From Candidatus Poribacteria bacterium (GTDB lineage Bacteria; Poribacteria; WGA-4E; WGA-3G), in assembly GCA_965215265.1 (NCBI GenBank), contig OZ244048.1, positions 3,807,812 through 3,871,811 of the forward strand: a stretch of 64,000 bases of DNA, read 5' to 3'. A program made the position numbers and the translations under genes. This document shows positions 1-9,189 of the stretch, piece by piece. Under the pieces are notes generated by a model. The model was not told the DNA's origin and made no database searches. It was given only the letters and a program-made list of their open reading frames with translations. The stretch's first letter is position 1. Every line of letters begins with the position of its first letter.

Positions 1-270
1 GCATATCACCTCAACGCCTGGTCGGAGGTCGTCGAGGGGCTCAAGAACGTTGGCATTACGAAGATGAACATTTATCTCTTGGGATGTCGGCTGTTCATGG
101 CTATGGAAACCGTGGATGATTTTGACCTTGAACGCGATTTTTCGCGCTACCTTGAGCAACATCCGCAATGCCAGGCATGGGACGAATTAATGCGTACCTT
201 CCAAGAACCAGTGGCTGAGGCAGGCGCTGATGAATGGTGGGCGCGCATGGAACCTGTTTTTGAGTTGTAA
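1..270 (+). CDS. rhaM: L-rhamnose mutarotase, C-terminal part (5' end lies outside window)
   Basis: Reading frame 1 is open from nt 1 (AYHLNAWSEVVEGLKNVGITKMNIYLLGCRLFMAMETVDDF...WWARMEPVFEL). Pattern NYAIYLD/LFAMVE/WW..M..VF matches the RhaM/YiiL family C-terminal half. The ORF track only shows 64..270. Confidence 0.65.
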   Translation, partial: AYHLNAWSEVVEGLKNVGITKMNIYLLGCRLFMAMETVDDFDLERDFSRYLEQHPQCQAWDELMRTFQEPVAEAGADEWWARMEPVFEL

Positions 271-281
271 AGGATAAACGG

Positions 282-1124
282 ATGCAACCGACTTTTCTCT
301 CTGTTGGGCATTTTTGCTATGATGTTGCGCCCGATGGTTACATCCTGGGCGGTTCCGCTGCGTACTCAACGGTGACGGCACGAAATCTCGGAATTCCTGC
401 TCGCGCCGTCACGGCTGTCGGCCCCAATTTTGACGCTGAGAACTGTCTGTTAAAAGGCATTGAAACCCGTTATCATCAATCAACAGAAACTACGATTTTT
501 GATAACCAGTACGATGAACGTGGCAATCGACTACAGTTTATTTCTGCTCTCGCAATGAACTTAAGCCCGGAACACATTCCTATAACGTGGAGATGCCCCG
601 ATATTGTTTATCTCTGTCCAATCGCTGGTGAGGTTGATGCCGACATTATTCACATGTTCAGCGATGAAACGCTGATTGGTGTAACACCCCAAGGATGGAT
701 GAGACAGTGGGATAGCGACGGCCGTGTGTTCCCAAAGCGATGGGAAAACGCTGAAGAAATTTTGCCGCATACGGACATCTTGGTTCTCAGTGACGAAGAC
801 CTGGGGATGTACCCAGATGAATTGGAGAAATACATCACATTGACACCAATCGTTGTCTTAACACGAGGCGCACGAGACGCGCAACTCTTTCAAAATGGAA
901 ACGTCCTCAAATCACCAGCGTATTCTATTACTGAAATCGATCCGACTGGTGCTGGCGACGTGTTCGCGACTGCCTTCCTAATTAACTATTGCCAGACCCG
1001 GGCGGTCAAGCAGGCACTCAATTTCGCACACTGTGTTGCCTCGTTCGCTGTGGAGGGCACCGGCGCTTCAAATATTCCAACATTCACACAGGTGATGGCA
1101 CGATTAAAACCGATAGCAACCTAA
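282..1124 (+). CDS. PfkB-family carbohydrate kinase (ribokinase-like)
   Basis: 280-aa ORF. SD aaagga sits 9 nt upstream. C-terminal PfkB signature DPTGAGDVFATAFL. Confidence 0.8.
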   Translation: MQPTFLSVGHFCYDVAPDGYILGGSAAYSTVTARNLGIPARAVTAVGPNFDAENCLLKGIETRYHQSTETTIFDNQYDERGNRLQFISALAMNLSPEHIPITWRCPDIVYLCPIAGEVDADIIHMFSDETLIGVTPQGWMRQWDSDGRVFPKRWENAEEILPHTDILVLSDEDLGMYPDELEKYITLTPIVVLTRGARDAQLFQNGNVLKSPAYSITEIDPTGAGDVFATAFLINYCQTRAVKQALNFAHCVASFAVEGTGASNIPTFTQVMARLKPIAT

Positions 1125-1194
1125 TACGACAGGCACCTTTTGCAGAAGTCGTAATGTTTTTGAGGAAAGAATTACCTTTATCGCCGTTCCAATT

Positions 1195-1227
1195 AAGAAG
1201 TTCTCCCTGCAAAGCAGGGATGAATCC
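1195..1227. repeat. 33-nt palindromic element (family C); inverted copy at 10709-10741
   Basis: AAGAAGTTCTCCCTGCAAAGCAGGGATGAATCC. 32/33 identical to the reverse complement of 10709-10741. Internal stem TCCCTGC-AAA-GCAGGGA. Confidence 0.6.
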
Positions 1228-1260
1228 TTTTATCTGGAACAGCAAGTTTAATGAGAAAAA

Positions 1261-2088
1261 ATGATGGCAATTAACTACGACTTCATCGCATACTGCTGTA
1301 AACTCTCAACGGACACTTGGAAAATCGGAATGAAAGCCATCCAAGGCGAAGTCCCCTTGGATATTGTCATACCCGAGCAACAATACTCAGAAGAGGAGAT
1401 AGTCGGAGTTTTAAACACTGAAGGCATCGTCCGGGAAAGTTCAGATGCAGTTGAGTTAATCCGCTACCTGCGGGAGTTGAATGCAAAACCGAATGACGAT
1501 TTTGGATATAATGACCTCGTTATCCGCAATGTTCACACCCGTTTGATTAACCTGAAGGTTAATCAGGAAATCCGTGTCCAAATCACTTACTCCGAACGTA
1601 AAGGACACTATAGCCGATATCTATATCAGATTAAAATGCTCGGAATCTTCCCACACATTGAGGCTGCGGAAGAGGAAACCAGCGAGCATGAGGACTATGC
1701 AACGCACACACAGCCTGTACAACAGAGAGAAATGGCTGAAACCGCAGAGAAGCCACCCTACAAAACAACGAATACCCTTGAAAAATTAATCAATTTCGCT
1801 CAAAACCTGCAACGCGAACTCAAACAAACCCAGAAAAGCCTTTCTTTAATGGCAGACAGAGTCGAGCAATTGGAAGAAGAACGGCAGTCCTATCGTGAAC
1901 TTCGAAACATGGTCCAAGATATTCTCGATCATCTTAACCAACTTGAAACTTTTGATGAGCGAATTAAACTCCTCGAAATCGATCGGCAGCAACTCCATGC
2001 GCTCCAACAAACCTTGCAAACTTTTCTCAAAGCCTCAAATCAACTGACGCAAATGTTGATGAAAGAAAACGCTGACAATTTACGATAG
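1261..2088 (+). CDS. hypothetical protein with C-terminal coiled coil
   Basis: 275-aa ORF inside the sugar-gene cluster. No recognisable catalytic motif. C-terminal ~100 aa are Q/E/L-rich and heptad-like. Confidence 0.35.
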   Translation: MMAINYDFIAYCCKLSTDTWKIGMKAIQGEVPLDIVIPEQQYSEEEIVGVLNTEGIVRESSDAVELIRYLRELNAKPNDDFGYNDLVIRNVHTRLINLKVNQEIRVQITYSERKGHYSRYLYQIKMLGIFPHIEAAEEETSEHEDYATHTQPVQQREMAETAEKPPYKTTNTLEKLINFAQNLQRELKQTQKSLSLMADRVEQLEEERQSYRELRNMVQDILDHLNQLETFDERIKLLEIDRQQLHALQQTLQTFLKASNQLTQMLMKENADNLR

Positions 2089-2134
2089 ACGCACTTTGTC
2101 AACGGACACGCGTGATCGAAAGGAGAAGTCCGAT

Positions 2135-2935
2135 ATGATCAAATTAGGTACGATGTCTCTGAACCTCAGAAATACAAACGCGACTGCCTTCGCACAAATC
2201 GTATACGAACTCGGTTTTGATGTTATCGAACTGCATTCAAGCGCGTTTGAATCTACCGATGCGAGTTACTTGCGTGAACTTAAGAAAAACCTGATGCGCA
2301 AAGGTTTACCGTTAGGGTACATCGGCATCAGCAATAATTTCGGTGTACCTGTTGACCAACATCCGGAGCAGATCGCCAGGATTAAGCAGTGGATTGACAT
2401 TGCCGCCTTTATGAGCTGTCCACTAGTTCGGGTCTTCGCCGCTTACGTGCCTGACGATTGTGAAAATGAGGAAACCTTATGGCCACCTATGATTGAAGCG
2501 TTCAAGGAGGTAGCTGAGTATGGATATGAAGCCGGCATTCTAGTGGGGTTACAGAATCACAACCATAACAATGTGACGCGCGATGGGGATGCTGTCCTAC
2601 GAGCCTTGAATGGAACGAACCATCCGTACTTCACGCATATCCTTGATACAGGACAGTACGCAGGCTCCCCCGGTGCAAGTGGCCATCGTGGTTCACCACA
2701 TCCGGATTACGACTGCTACACAAGTATTGAGCAGACCGCGCCGCATGCAGTATACGTCCGGACAAAATTCTATCAGATTGACAGTGGCGTAGAGGAATGG
2801 CTTGACTACCCGCGCGTTTTAGAAATCTTACGCGCTGTCGGCTATAACGGTTGTCTCTCCGTTGTTTATGAAGGTCCGTCCGACCCGGTTGAATCCATGC
2901 GAAAAGCAAAAAGTTATTTGCAATCATTACTATAG
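2135..2935 (+). CDS. sugar phosphate isomerase/epimerase (xylose-isomerase-like TIM barrel)
   Basis: Start chosen at ATG 2135 with SD aaggag 8 nt upstream (ORF track starts at 2096). Family call from overall similarity to AP-endonuclease-2/xylose-isomerase-like proteins. Family assignment is moderate. Confidence 0.55.
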   Translation: MIKLGTMSLNLRNTNATAFAQIVYELGFDVIELHSSAFESTDASYLRELKKNLMRKGLPLGYIGISNNFGVPVDQHPEQIARIKQWIDIAAFMSCPLVRVFAAYVPDDCENEETLWPPMIEAFKEVAEYGYEAGILVGLQNHNHNNVTRDGDAVLRALNGTNHPYFTHILDTGQYAGSPGASGHRGSPHPDYDCYTSIEQTAPHAVYVRTKFYQIDSGVEEWLDYPRVLEILRAVGYNGCLSVVYEGPSDPVESMRKAKSYLQSLL

Positions 2936-3077
2936 AGTCGACACCTGATTCGTCTGTTATTGCTACCATCAAATAATGCTAAACATCAAACCTAAGTATC
3001 TTGTCAATAACAATGGACAACAAGGGACGGAAAATCGCCACTGCAGTAGGTAAACCTAAAATCGAGGAGAAAACAGA

Positions 3078-4181
3078 ATGAAAACGCGTGCTGCTGTTGT
3101 CTATCAACACAACCAACCTGTCGTCGTCGAAGATCTTGAGTTAGACGAACCTAAGGTTAACGAAGTTCTAATTCGCACCGCGGCCAGCGGAGTATGCCAT
3201 TCAGACTTATCTGTCGTTACTGGAACAATCTATTATGATGCAGCAGTCGCTCTCGGACACGAAGGAGCCGGTGTGATTGAAGCAGTCGGTTCGGAGGTGA
3301 CTTACGCGCGCCCTGGCGACCCGGTAATCTTATCTTTCGTCAGTTATTGCGGCAGCTGCCGGATGTGCCAGATGGCGCGTGTCTGCCTCTGCGAAAGTTA
3401 CAACGTACCACGTGGGTTTCAGTTAGACGGCACCTACCGTCTCCGCAATAAATCTGGCGATGGTATCCTCCAGATGGCACGCGTTGCCACGATGTCGGAG
3501 TACATGGTTGTGCCACAACAAAACCTCGTCAAAATTGATTCGCACTACTCATTGGAGCAAGCCGCCCTCGTCGGGTGTGGTGTCACAACAGGTGTTGGAG
3601 CAGTTCTTAACACAGCAAAGGTAGAGCCAGGGAGTTCCGTTGCCGTCATTGGCACCGGTGGAGTCGGTTTGAACGTCATCCAAGGGGCGGGCCTCGCAGA
3701 TGCAGAACAGATTATCGCCGTTGACATCTCCGAAAAGAAACTGAACTTTGCACAAAATTTCGGTGCTACAGATGGTATCAACGCCAATGAAACCGACCCG
3801 ATTGAAGCAGTGCAGGAGTTGACAGACGGCCGCGGGGTTGACTATGCATTTGAGGTTATCGGGAATCCAAAAACTATCGTGCAAGCCTATAACATGGTAC
3901 GTGCAGCCGGAACCGCTGTCATTGTCGGTATGGCGCATCATCAAGCCGAATTTAGTATTCCAGCACAGGCATTCGTTTCGAGTGAAAAACGTCTCATCGG
4001 TTCTTTCTACGGTTCATGCCAACCGCGGGTCGATATGCCTAAAATCCTCAATCTTTACGAAGAAGGCAAACTTAAATTAGACGAACTCATTACGCGGCAC
4101 TATCGCCTCGGGCAAATTAATGAGGCTTTCGCTGATATGGAGGCCGGTGAAAACGCACGCGGGGTTATCGTCTTTGACTAG
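3078..4181 (+). CDS. zinc-dependent alcohol dehydrogenase (MDR superfamily)
   Basis: Catalytic-Zn motif GHEGAGVIEAVG. Structural-Zn Cys cluster CGSCRMCQMARVCLC. NAD fold GTGGVGLNVIQGA. SD gaggag upstream. Confidence 0.85.
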   Translation: MKTRAAVVYQHNQPVVVEDLELDEPKVNEVLIRTAASGVCHSDLSVVTGTIYYDAAVALGHEGAGVIEAVGSEVTYARPGDPVILSFVSYCGSCRMCQMARVCLCESYNVPRGFQLDGTYRLRNKSGDGILQMARVATMSEYMVVPQQNLVKIDSHYSLEQAALVGCGVTTGVGAVLNTAKVEPGSSVAVIGTGGVGLNVIQGAGLADAEQIIAVDISEKKLNFAQNFGATDGINANETDPIEAVQELTDGRGVDYAFEVIGNPKTIVQAYNMVRAAGTAVIVGMAHHQAEFSIPAQAFVSSEKRLIGSFYGSCQPRVDMPKILNLYEEGKLKLDELITRHYRLGQINEAFADMEAGENARGVIVFD

Positions 4182-4195
4182 TACCGAACTAAAAT

Positions 4196-4972
4196 ATGAA
4201 ATCCATACACAATGCAGTCAGACAGCAGTTTAGCCAACACGCTGACTATTATGCACAAAGCACCGCACACGCGAAAGGCGACACCTTAGAGGTTATCCTT
4301 GACTTCGCCGAACCGATAGGCAGTGAACGTGTGTTGGATATCGCAACTGGAACAGGCTTCACTGCGTTTGTCCTCGCCCCTAAAGTCGCTCACGTCGTCG
4401 CAACCGATTTAACTGCAGAAATGGTCGCGAAGGCAACCGAGTTAGCAAATGAACAACGGATACACAACGTTGACTTTGCGCTTGCGGCTGCTGAAATACT
4501 CCCCTTTGCGAGTGCAACGTACGATATCGTGACGTGCCGCCTCGCACCGCATCACTTTCAGGACATGCCTGCATTTTTAAGCGAAGTTCACCGGGTGCTG
4601 CGGAAAGATGGACGTTTCTGCATGGTAGATTCGGTTTCCCCGGAATCCGAGAAACTCATGGCGTGGCAGAACCGCGTAGAGACGTTGCGCGATGATTCGC
4701 ATGTCTATGGCTATCCGCCATCTCAGTGGGATGCTATGATTACGGAGGCGGGATTTGTCATAGAGAAAACGACGCATGTACGAAATGCACAGATGTCGTT
4801 CGCGTGGTGGGTCCGGCCGGGGAAAAATCCACCTGAATTGGTTAATGAGATTCGCAGGGCGTTCGCGCAGCTTTCCCCGGATGAAGCCAGAGAGCATTAC
4901 ACCGTCCAGCTAGAGGGTGACGATTTTTACTTTTCATGGCCGATGTATGCTGTTAAAGCGCGGCGGCCATAA
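4196..4972 (+). CDS. class I SAM-dependent methyltransferase
   Basis: Motif I VLDIATGTGF. Methyltransf_11-like length and layout. Confidence 0.7.
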   Translation: MKSIHNAVRQQFSQHADYYAQSTAHAKGDTLEVILDFAEPIGSERVLDIATGTGFTAFVLAPKVAHVVATDLTAEMVAKATELANEQRIHNVDFALAAAEILPFASATYDIVTCRLAPHHFQDMPAFLSEVHRVLRKDGRFCMVDSVSPESEKLMAWQNRVETLRDDSHVYGYPPSQWDAMITEAGFVIEKTTHVRNAQMSFAWWVRPGKNPPELVNEIRRAFAQLSPDEAREHYTVQLEGDDFYFSWPMYAVKARRP

Positions 4973-5110
4973 TAGCAAGAACACGCTATTTATAGAAGGT
5001 ACGTCGCTGACCACTAAAGCAAAGGTTTGACTCATCTTGTGAAGATGAATAGTCGTTTTTCGCACGGTTAGTGAACGCAATGAACTGTAATCAATAGCCA
5101 TATTATACTT

Positions 5111-6082
5111 TTATCGGGCAGAACCCTCGGAGAGAAGGAATTGCTCAATCTCAATTGGAGTTGGCAACGCAGGAATAACCCCCATCCTCTGTGTGGCTAA
5201 CGCTCCGGCAGCGTTTGCATAGCGCATGATTGTCTCCAATTTCGTGGTATCAAGTGACTGGATATGCTCATGACGTATCAATTCTGACAGCATCGCAGCG
5301 ACAAACGCATCGCCCGCGCCAAGTGTATCCACAACATCAATGGCAAACCCATCAACGTACCCTTCAGCACTGCCGTTGGTGTAGTAGCATCCTCGCTCCC
5401 CTAATGTCACTATGAGCAGCACAGCACCGAGCCCGAGAATCCGTTCTGCACCCCTTCCAAACGGAACGTCTCCCATGATAAATTCCCACTCTTCTTCCGA
5501 AATTTTAACGACATCGGCTGACGGCATCACCTCCCAGATCCACTGTTTGGCATCGTTGGCGGTGTCCCAAAGCATCAACCGCAAATTCGGATCGTAGGAA
5601 AGGAATGCTCCGGCAGATTTCGCATACTGGATCGCTTTTAACGTTGCTTCTCGACTTGGTGAATGACTGAGGCTGACGGAACCGTAATGGAAGAGTTCGG
5701 TCGATTTTAGATAGGCTGCATCGACTTCATCTGGCGAGAGTTGGATGTCGGCCCCGGGGTGCCGATAGAAGGTAATATCCTTCATTCCATCAGAACGTGT
5801 CGCAACGAACGCTAAGGTCGTGCGAGAGTGCTCGCCAGCGATGAGGTAGGAAGTATCTACATTATTCTGTGTGAGTGTGTCTCTCAGGAAAACCCCAAAC
5901 GCGTCTGCGCCGACTTTCCCGATAAAACCGGTATCAATACCGAGTTTTGCCAATCCAACGGCAACGTTTGCTGGTGCGCCGCCCGGGGCTTTGACAAACC
6001 CCGGCGATGCTGCGAGCGTTACATCGGTTGCGGTTGATACAAAATCTATGAGCAACTCACCTATACAGATTGCTTTGGGCAT
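5111..6082 (-). CDS. PfkB-family sugar kinase (fructokinase/KDG-kinase-like)
   Basis: PfkB signature DTLGAGDAFVAAML near the C-terminus. N-terminal GG motif region. Confidence 0.8.
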   Translation of the reverse strand: MPKAICIGELLIDFVSTATDVTLAASPGFVKAPGGAPANVAVGLAKLGIDTGFIGKVGADAFGVFLRDTLTQNNVDTSYLIAGEHSRTTLAFVATRSDGMKDITFYRHPGADIQLSPDEVDAAYLKSTELFHYGSVSLSHSPSREATLKAIQYAKSAGAFLSYDPNLRLMLWDTANDAKQWIWEVMPSADVVKISEEEWEFIMGDVPFGRGAERILGLGAVLLIVTLGERGCYYTNGSAEGYVDGFAIDVVDTLGAGDAFVAAMLSELIRHEHIQSLDTTKLETIMRYANAAGALATQRMGVIPALPTPIEIEQFLLSEGSAR

Positions 6083-6097
6083 ACGAGTTTAGTCCCT

Positions 6098-7174
6098 TCA
6101 AAATGTCGTGTACAAGGTTTGGGCTTGCCCGGTTTGGGCAGAGCGATACCCTGCATCGAAAATCTCTATCACGTGCCGAGCATGCTCCGCCGTAACGATG
6201 GTAGGCTTATCCTCACGGATCCAGTCTACTAACTGCATGATATCCTCGTACACATGTGATTCCTCAATATTCCGATGGGAACCCACCACGTGTGGCAATG
6301 CCATGTCCGGTGCTTCAATCGGTTTTCCGTTAAGCGAATTCCCTTGAATGCTACCCTCTGTTCCGTGAATCGCTAATCCGCCGCGGACGACTGAGCCCGC
6401 GGCCGCACCGTAGACAAATCCATAGAATGCCTCTCCGAAATCCAATAAAATGAAGGTGTTATCGTCCATATCGCAAGGAAGCATCTCGCCCCGGAATTCA
6501 CGCTCCTTGACTCGAACCCCAGAAAAAGCTGTCACGCGTTTCGCGGGACCGAGGATACCTGTCATGGTATGTAGACCGTAAACCGTCATATCGTAAAGGG
6601 GACCTCCGCCCGGTTTCCGGAAATACCACGCAGGGTTAATATTTGAGAGCAGATCGGCTCCGTGTCGAACGGATTCGTTTTCGTGGTATCTGCCGAAGGC
6701 CGAACCGGTCGCTGCCCACGTCAACGTTCCAATGGCACCGGCTCGAACGAGCCTGCGAATTTCTTGGTTAATCGGACGCAACATCTGCCCAGGTGAAGCG
6801 ACTAATTTTACGCCTTTGCGCGCCGCTGTCGCAATCAGATCATCCGCTTCGTCCACAGTAGTTGTCATTGTCTTATTAAAATGTGCATGAACACCGTGTT
6901 CTACCGCAAGTTTTCCCTGCTCGTAATGCAAACCGATCGGCGACGCAATGCTAACTGCATCTACATGTCCATCAGCCAATAGTTCTTCGTAACTTTCATA
7001 GGCATGCGGTACATTGAATTTTTCGGATGCGGCTCGTGCCCTGCCTGGGACCGGATCGCACACAGCAGTTACTTGCAGCCTATCTTGGACATCGTCTTGC
7101 GTAAGGTGCGGAAGAATCCCGCGCACCGAGATACTTCCCACCCCGACGACTCCGATCCGCACTCTATCGCTCAT
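6098..7174 (-). CDS. Gfo/Idh/MocA-family oxidoreductase
   Basis: N-terminal Rossmann IGVVGVGSISVRG. ATG at 7174 has SD GGAGG 5 nt upstream. This ATG overlaps the stop of the upstream epimerase gene (ATGA). ORF-track start 7186 is a GTG inside the SD. Confidence 0.8.
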   Translation of the reverse strand: MSDRVRIGVVGVGSISVRGILPHLTQDDVQDRLQVTAVCDPVPGRARAASEKFNVPHAYESYEELLADGHVDAVSIASPIGLHYEQGKLAVEHGVHAHFNKTMTTTVDEADDLIATAARKGVKLVASPGQMLRPINQEIRRLVRAGAIGTLTWAATGSAFGRYHENESVRHGADLLSNINPAWYFRKPGGGPLYDMTVYGLHTMTGILGPAKRVTAFSGVRVKEREFRGEMLPCDMDDNTFILLDFGEAFYGFVYGAAAGSVVRGGLAIHGTEGSIQGNSLNGKPIEAPDMALPHVVGSHRNIEESHVYEDIMQLVDWIREDKPTIVTAEHARHVIEIFDAGYRSAQTGQAQTLYTTF

Positions 7175-8058
7175 GTTTGCCTCCACGCTGTGTTATGTGC
7201 CCAACCGACAGCATTTTTAAGTTTGTCACAGTTAATAAACGATTCATGTCCACTAACGGTTCTTAGCTTGGGAAGGAGTTCCGGCTTAAACCGTTCCACC
7301 AGTTCCTGAGTCGGTTCTAACGCGGAGGTATCATCGGCGTTGAGAAAATAGACATCATGCGGTGGTAGCATCTCTGCTTTTTCCATCAGTAAGCGATGCG
7401 CGCTCGCCACATCTTCACTGCCGACCCAGCACCAGAGCCACGGTGTCCATCCGGTTGTCGGTTTTGCGTTCGCTGCCATCTGTTGCCGCCGTTCTGCTGC
7501 GCAGATGCCAGCAGGACGTGTAACATAAGTTCGGATACCGTAGGCGCGGGTATAGCTCAATAGCAAATCTTCGCCACACCGTTTTGAAAAGCTGTAAGAA
7601 TCTTCCGGATAGCACGGGTGTTTCTCATCTAAGGGCAGGTAGTCCATCGGCATCTCCGTTTTGCTGATACGAAACCCGTGCCCTAATGCACAATTACTAC
7701 CGGACATCACTACCGTTTGAACGTCCTCCTCAACCGCTGCTTGCATGAGGTAATACGTGCCGAGCATATTCGTTTTGAAAGTTGCATCAAACGGAATGCC
7801 TTGTGCTTCAGCGTCCGCTCGAAGGTCCGGATGATCGACGGGACCGGGCTGCGCCCCGAGATGTTGGATTGCGTCCACACCCTCTACTGCACGTTGACAG
7901 TCTTCAAAATGATTCAGGTCACCCTGAATAAATCGCAGATGTGAAAAATCATCAGGTGGAGGGCGACGTGACATGAGCACGACAGTGTGCTGGCCCATCA
8001 ATTCTCGTATCACAAACTCACCGAGCCTGCCACTCGCTCCGGTTATCAATACTTTCAT
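7171..8058 (-). CDS. NAD-dependent epimerase/dehydratase family protein
   Basis: MKVLITGASGRLG Rossmann at ATG 8058 with SD GGAAGGA. The 72-codon upstream extension in the ORF track has no coding signal. Confidence 0.75.
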   Translation of the reverse strand: MKVLITGASGRLGEFVIRELMGQHTVVLMSRRPPPDDFSHLRFIQGDLNHFEDCQRAVEGVDAIQHLGAQPGPVDHPDLRADAEAQGIPFDATFKTNMLGTYYLMQAAVEEDVQTVVMSGSNCALGHGFRISKTEMPMDYLPLDEKHPCYPEDSYSFSKRCGEDLLLSYTRAYGIRTYVTRPAGICAAERRQQMAANAKPTTGWTPWLWCWVGSEDVASAHRLLMEKAEMLPPHDVYFLNADDTSALEPTQELVERFKPELLPKLRTVSGHESFINCDKLKNAVGWAHNTAWRQT

Positions 8059-8144
8059 AAAAAATCCTTCCGTTGACACACATTGGGAATTATGATATAT
8101 TATAGCAACGTTGAAAATTTTGTCAACACAAGGAGAAACGTGCC

Positions 8145-9185
8145 ATGTATAACGCAGCGAAACACTTTGAAACCTTATACGCATCGGTGCAGAGGAACTA
8201 CGAATTCCGTGCAACCACACGGGAAGGATGGAGTGCGTGGCAAACCGCTTTCCGCCCGAAACTGCGCGAAGCACTCGGTTTAGATAATATGGAGTCAGAC
8301 TTTCACGCGTATCAACCGAAAGCAGAACGAGCAGAATCGCTGGACATGGGCAACCATATCCGCGAAAGTTGGCACTTATGGGTAGAACCTACGGTTCCGT
8401 TACCGTTCTATCTCTTGAAGCCTAAGAACGTTGAAGGTAAACTCCCGCTCATTCTTGCACCACACGGGCACAACCACCCGCACATCTACGCAGGCATTGC
8501 ACACAGCGAATCTGAGGAAAAGGAGATCGTGGAAGGCGAACGCGATATCGCCCGGCAAGCTGCCGTAGAAGAAGGCTATATTGCCATCGCACCGACAACG
8601 CGTGCATTCGGTGAAACCCGCACGGAATCGGATAAACGCAACAATAAGACCCATTCCTGCCGCGATCAACTCGTATATAGCATGCTCGTCGGCCGCACGC
8701 CTATCGGTGAACGCGTGTGGGATATGTCCCGACTCATCGATTGGGCAATAGCGAACCTACCGATTGACTCACAACGCATTGCTATCACGGGCAATTCTGG
8801 AGGTGGGACTGTCTCGCTCTTCGCTGCGGCGTGCGAAACCCGTATCACTGTGGCAGTACCAAGTTGCTATTTCTGCACCTTTGAGGGTAGCATTGGTACC
8901 ATCCATCATTGTGACTGCAACTATGTACCGGGCTTGATGCGTCTTGGCGAGATGTACGATGTCGCTGGCTTAATAGTGCCTCGTCCCTTTTGTGCCATCG
9001 CCGGAAGAGATGATGGAATTTTCCCGATTGACCACGTTGAACTCGCGTATAAACGGCTCAAGGCAATCTACTCCGTGGCAGGTGCTGCGGATAAGTGTGA
9101 ACTTTTCATCGGTGACGGCGGGCATCGGTACTACAAAGCGGGGGCATGGCCTTTTGTCCGACGACATTTTGAACAGATGGTGTAA
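8145..9185 (+). CDS. alpha/beta hydrolase (acetyl-xylan-esterase / dienelactone-hydrolase-like)
   Basis: Nucleophile elbow ITGNSGGG. SD aaggag 9 nt upstream. Confidence 0.5.
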   Translation: MYNAAKHFETLYASVQRNYEFRATTREGWSAWQTAFRPKLREALGLDNMESDFHAYQPKAERAESLDMGNHIRESWHLWVEPTVPLPFYLLKPKNVEGKLPLILAPHGHNHPHIYAGIAHSESEEKEIVEGERDIARQAAVEEGYIAIAPTTRAFGETRTESDKRNNKTHSCRDQLVYSMLVGRTPIGERVWDMSRLIDWAIANLPIDSQRIAITGNSGGGTVSLFAAACETRITVAVPSCYFCTFEGSIGTIHHCDCNYVPGLMRLGEMYDVAGLIVPRPFCAIAGRDDGIFPIDHVELAYKRLKAIYSVAGAADKCELFIGDGGHRYYKAGAWPFVRRHFEQMV

Positions 9186-9189
9186 TTCG

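Noticed and set aside
7187-8274. N-terminal extensions of ORF-track entries (epimerase to 8274, LDH-like to 30189, MT-A70 to 33784, NuoI-like to 34444, guaB to 36301, XdhC-adjacent etc.)
   Set aside because: Internal ATGs with good SD sequences coincide with the start of the conserved domains. The extensions read through repeats or non-coding DNA and have no coding character.
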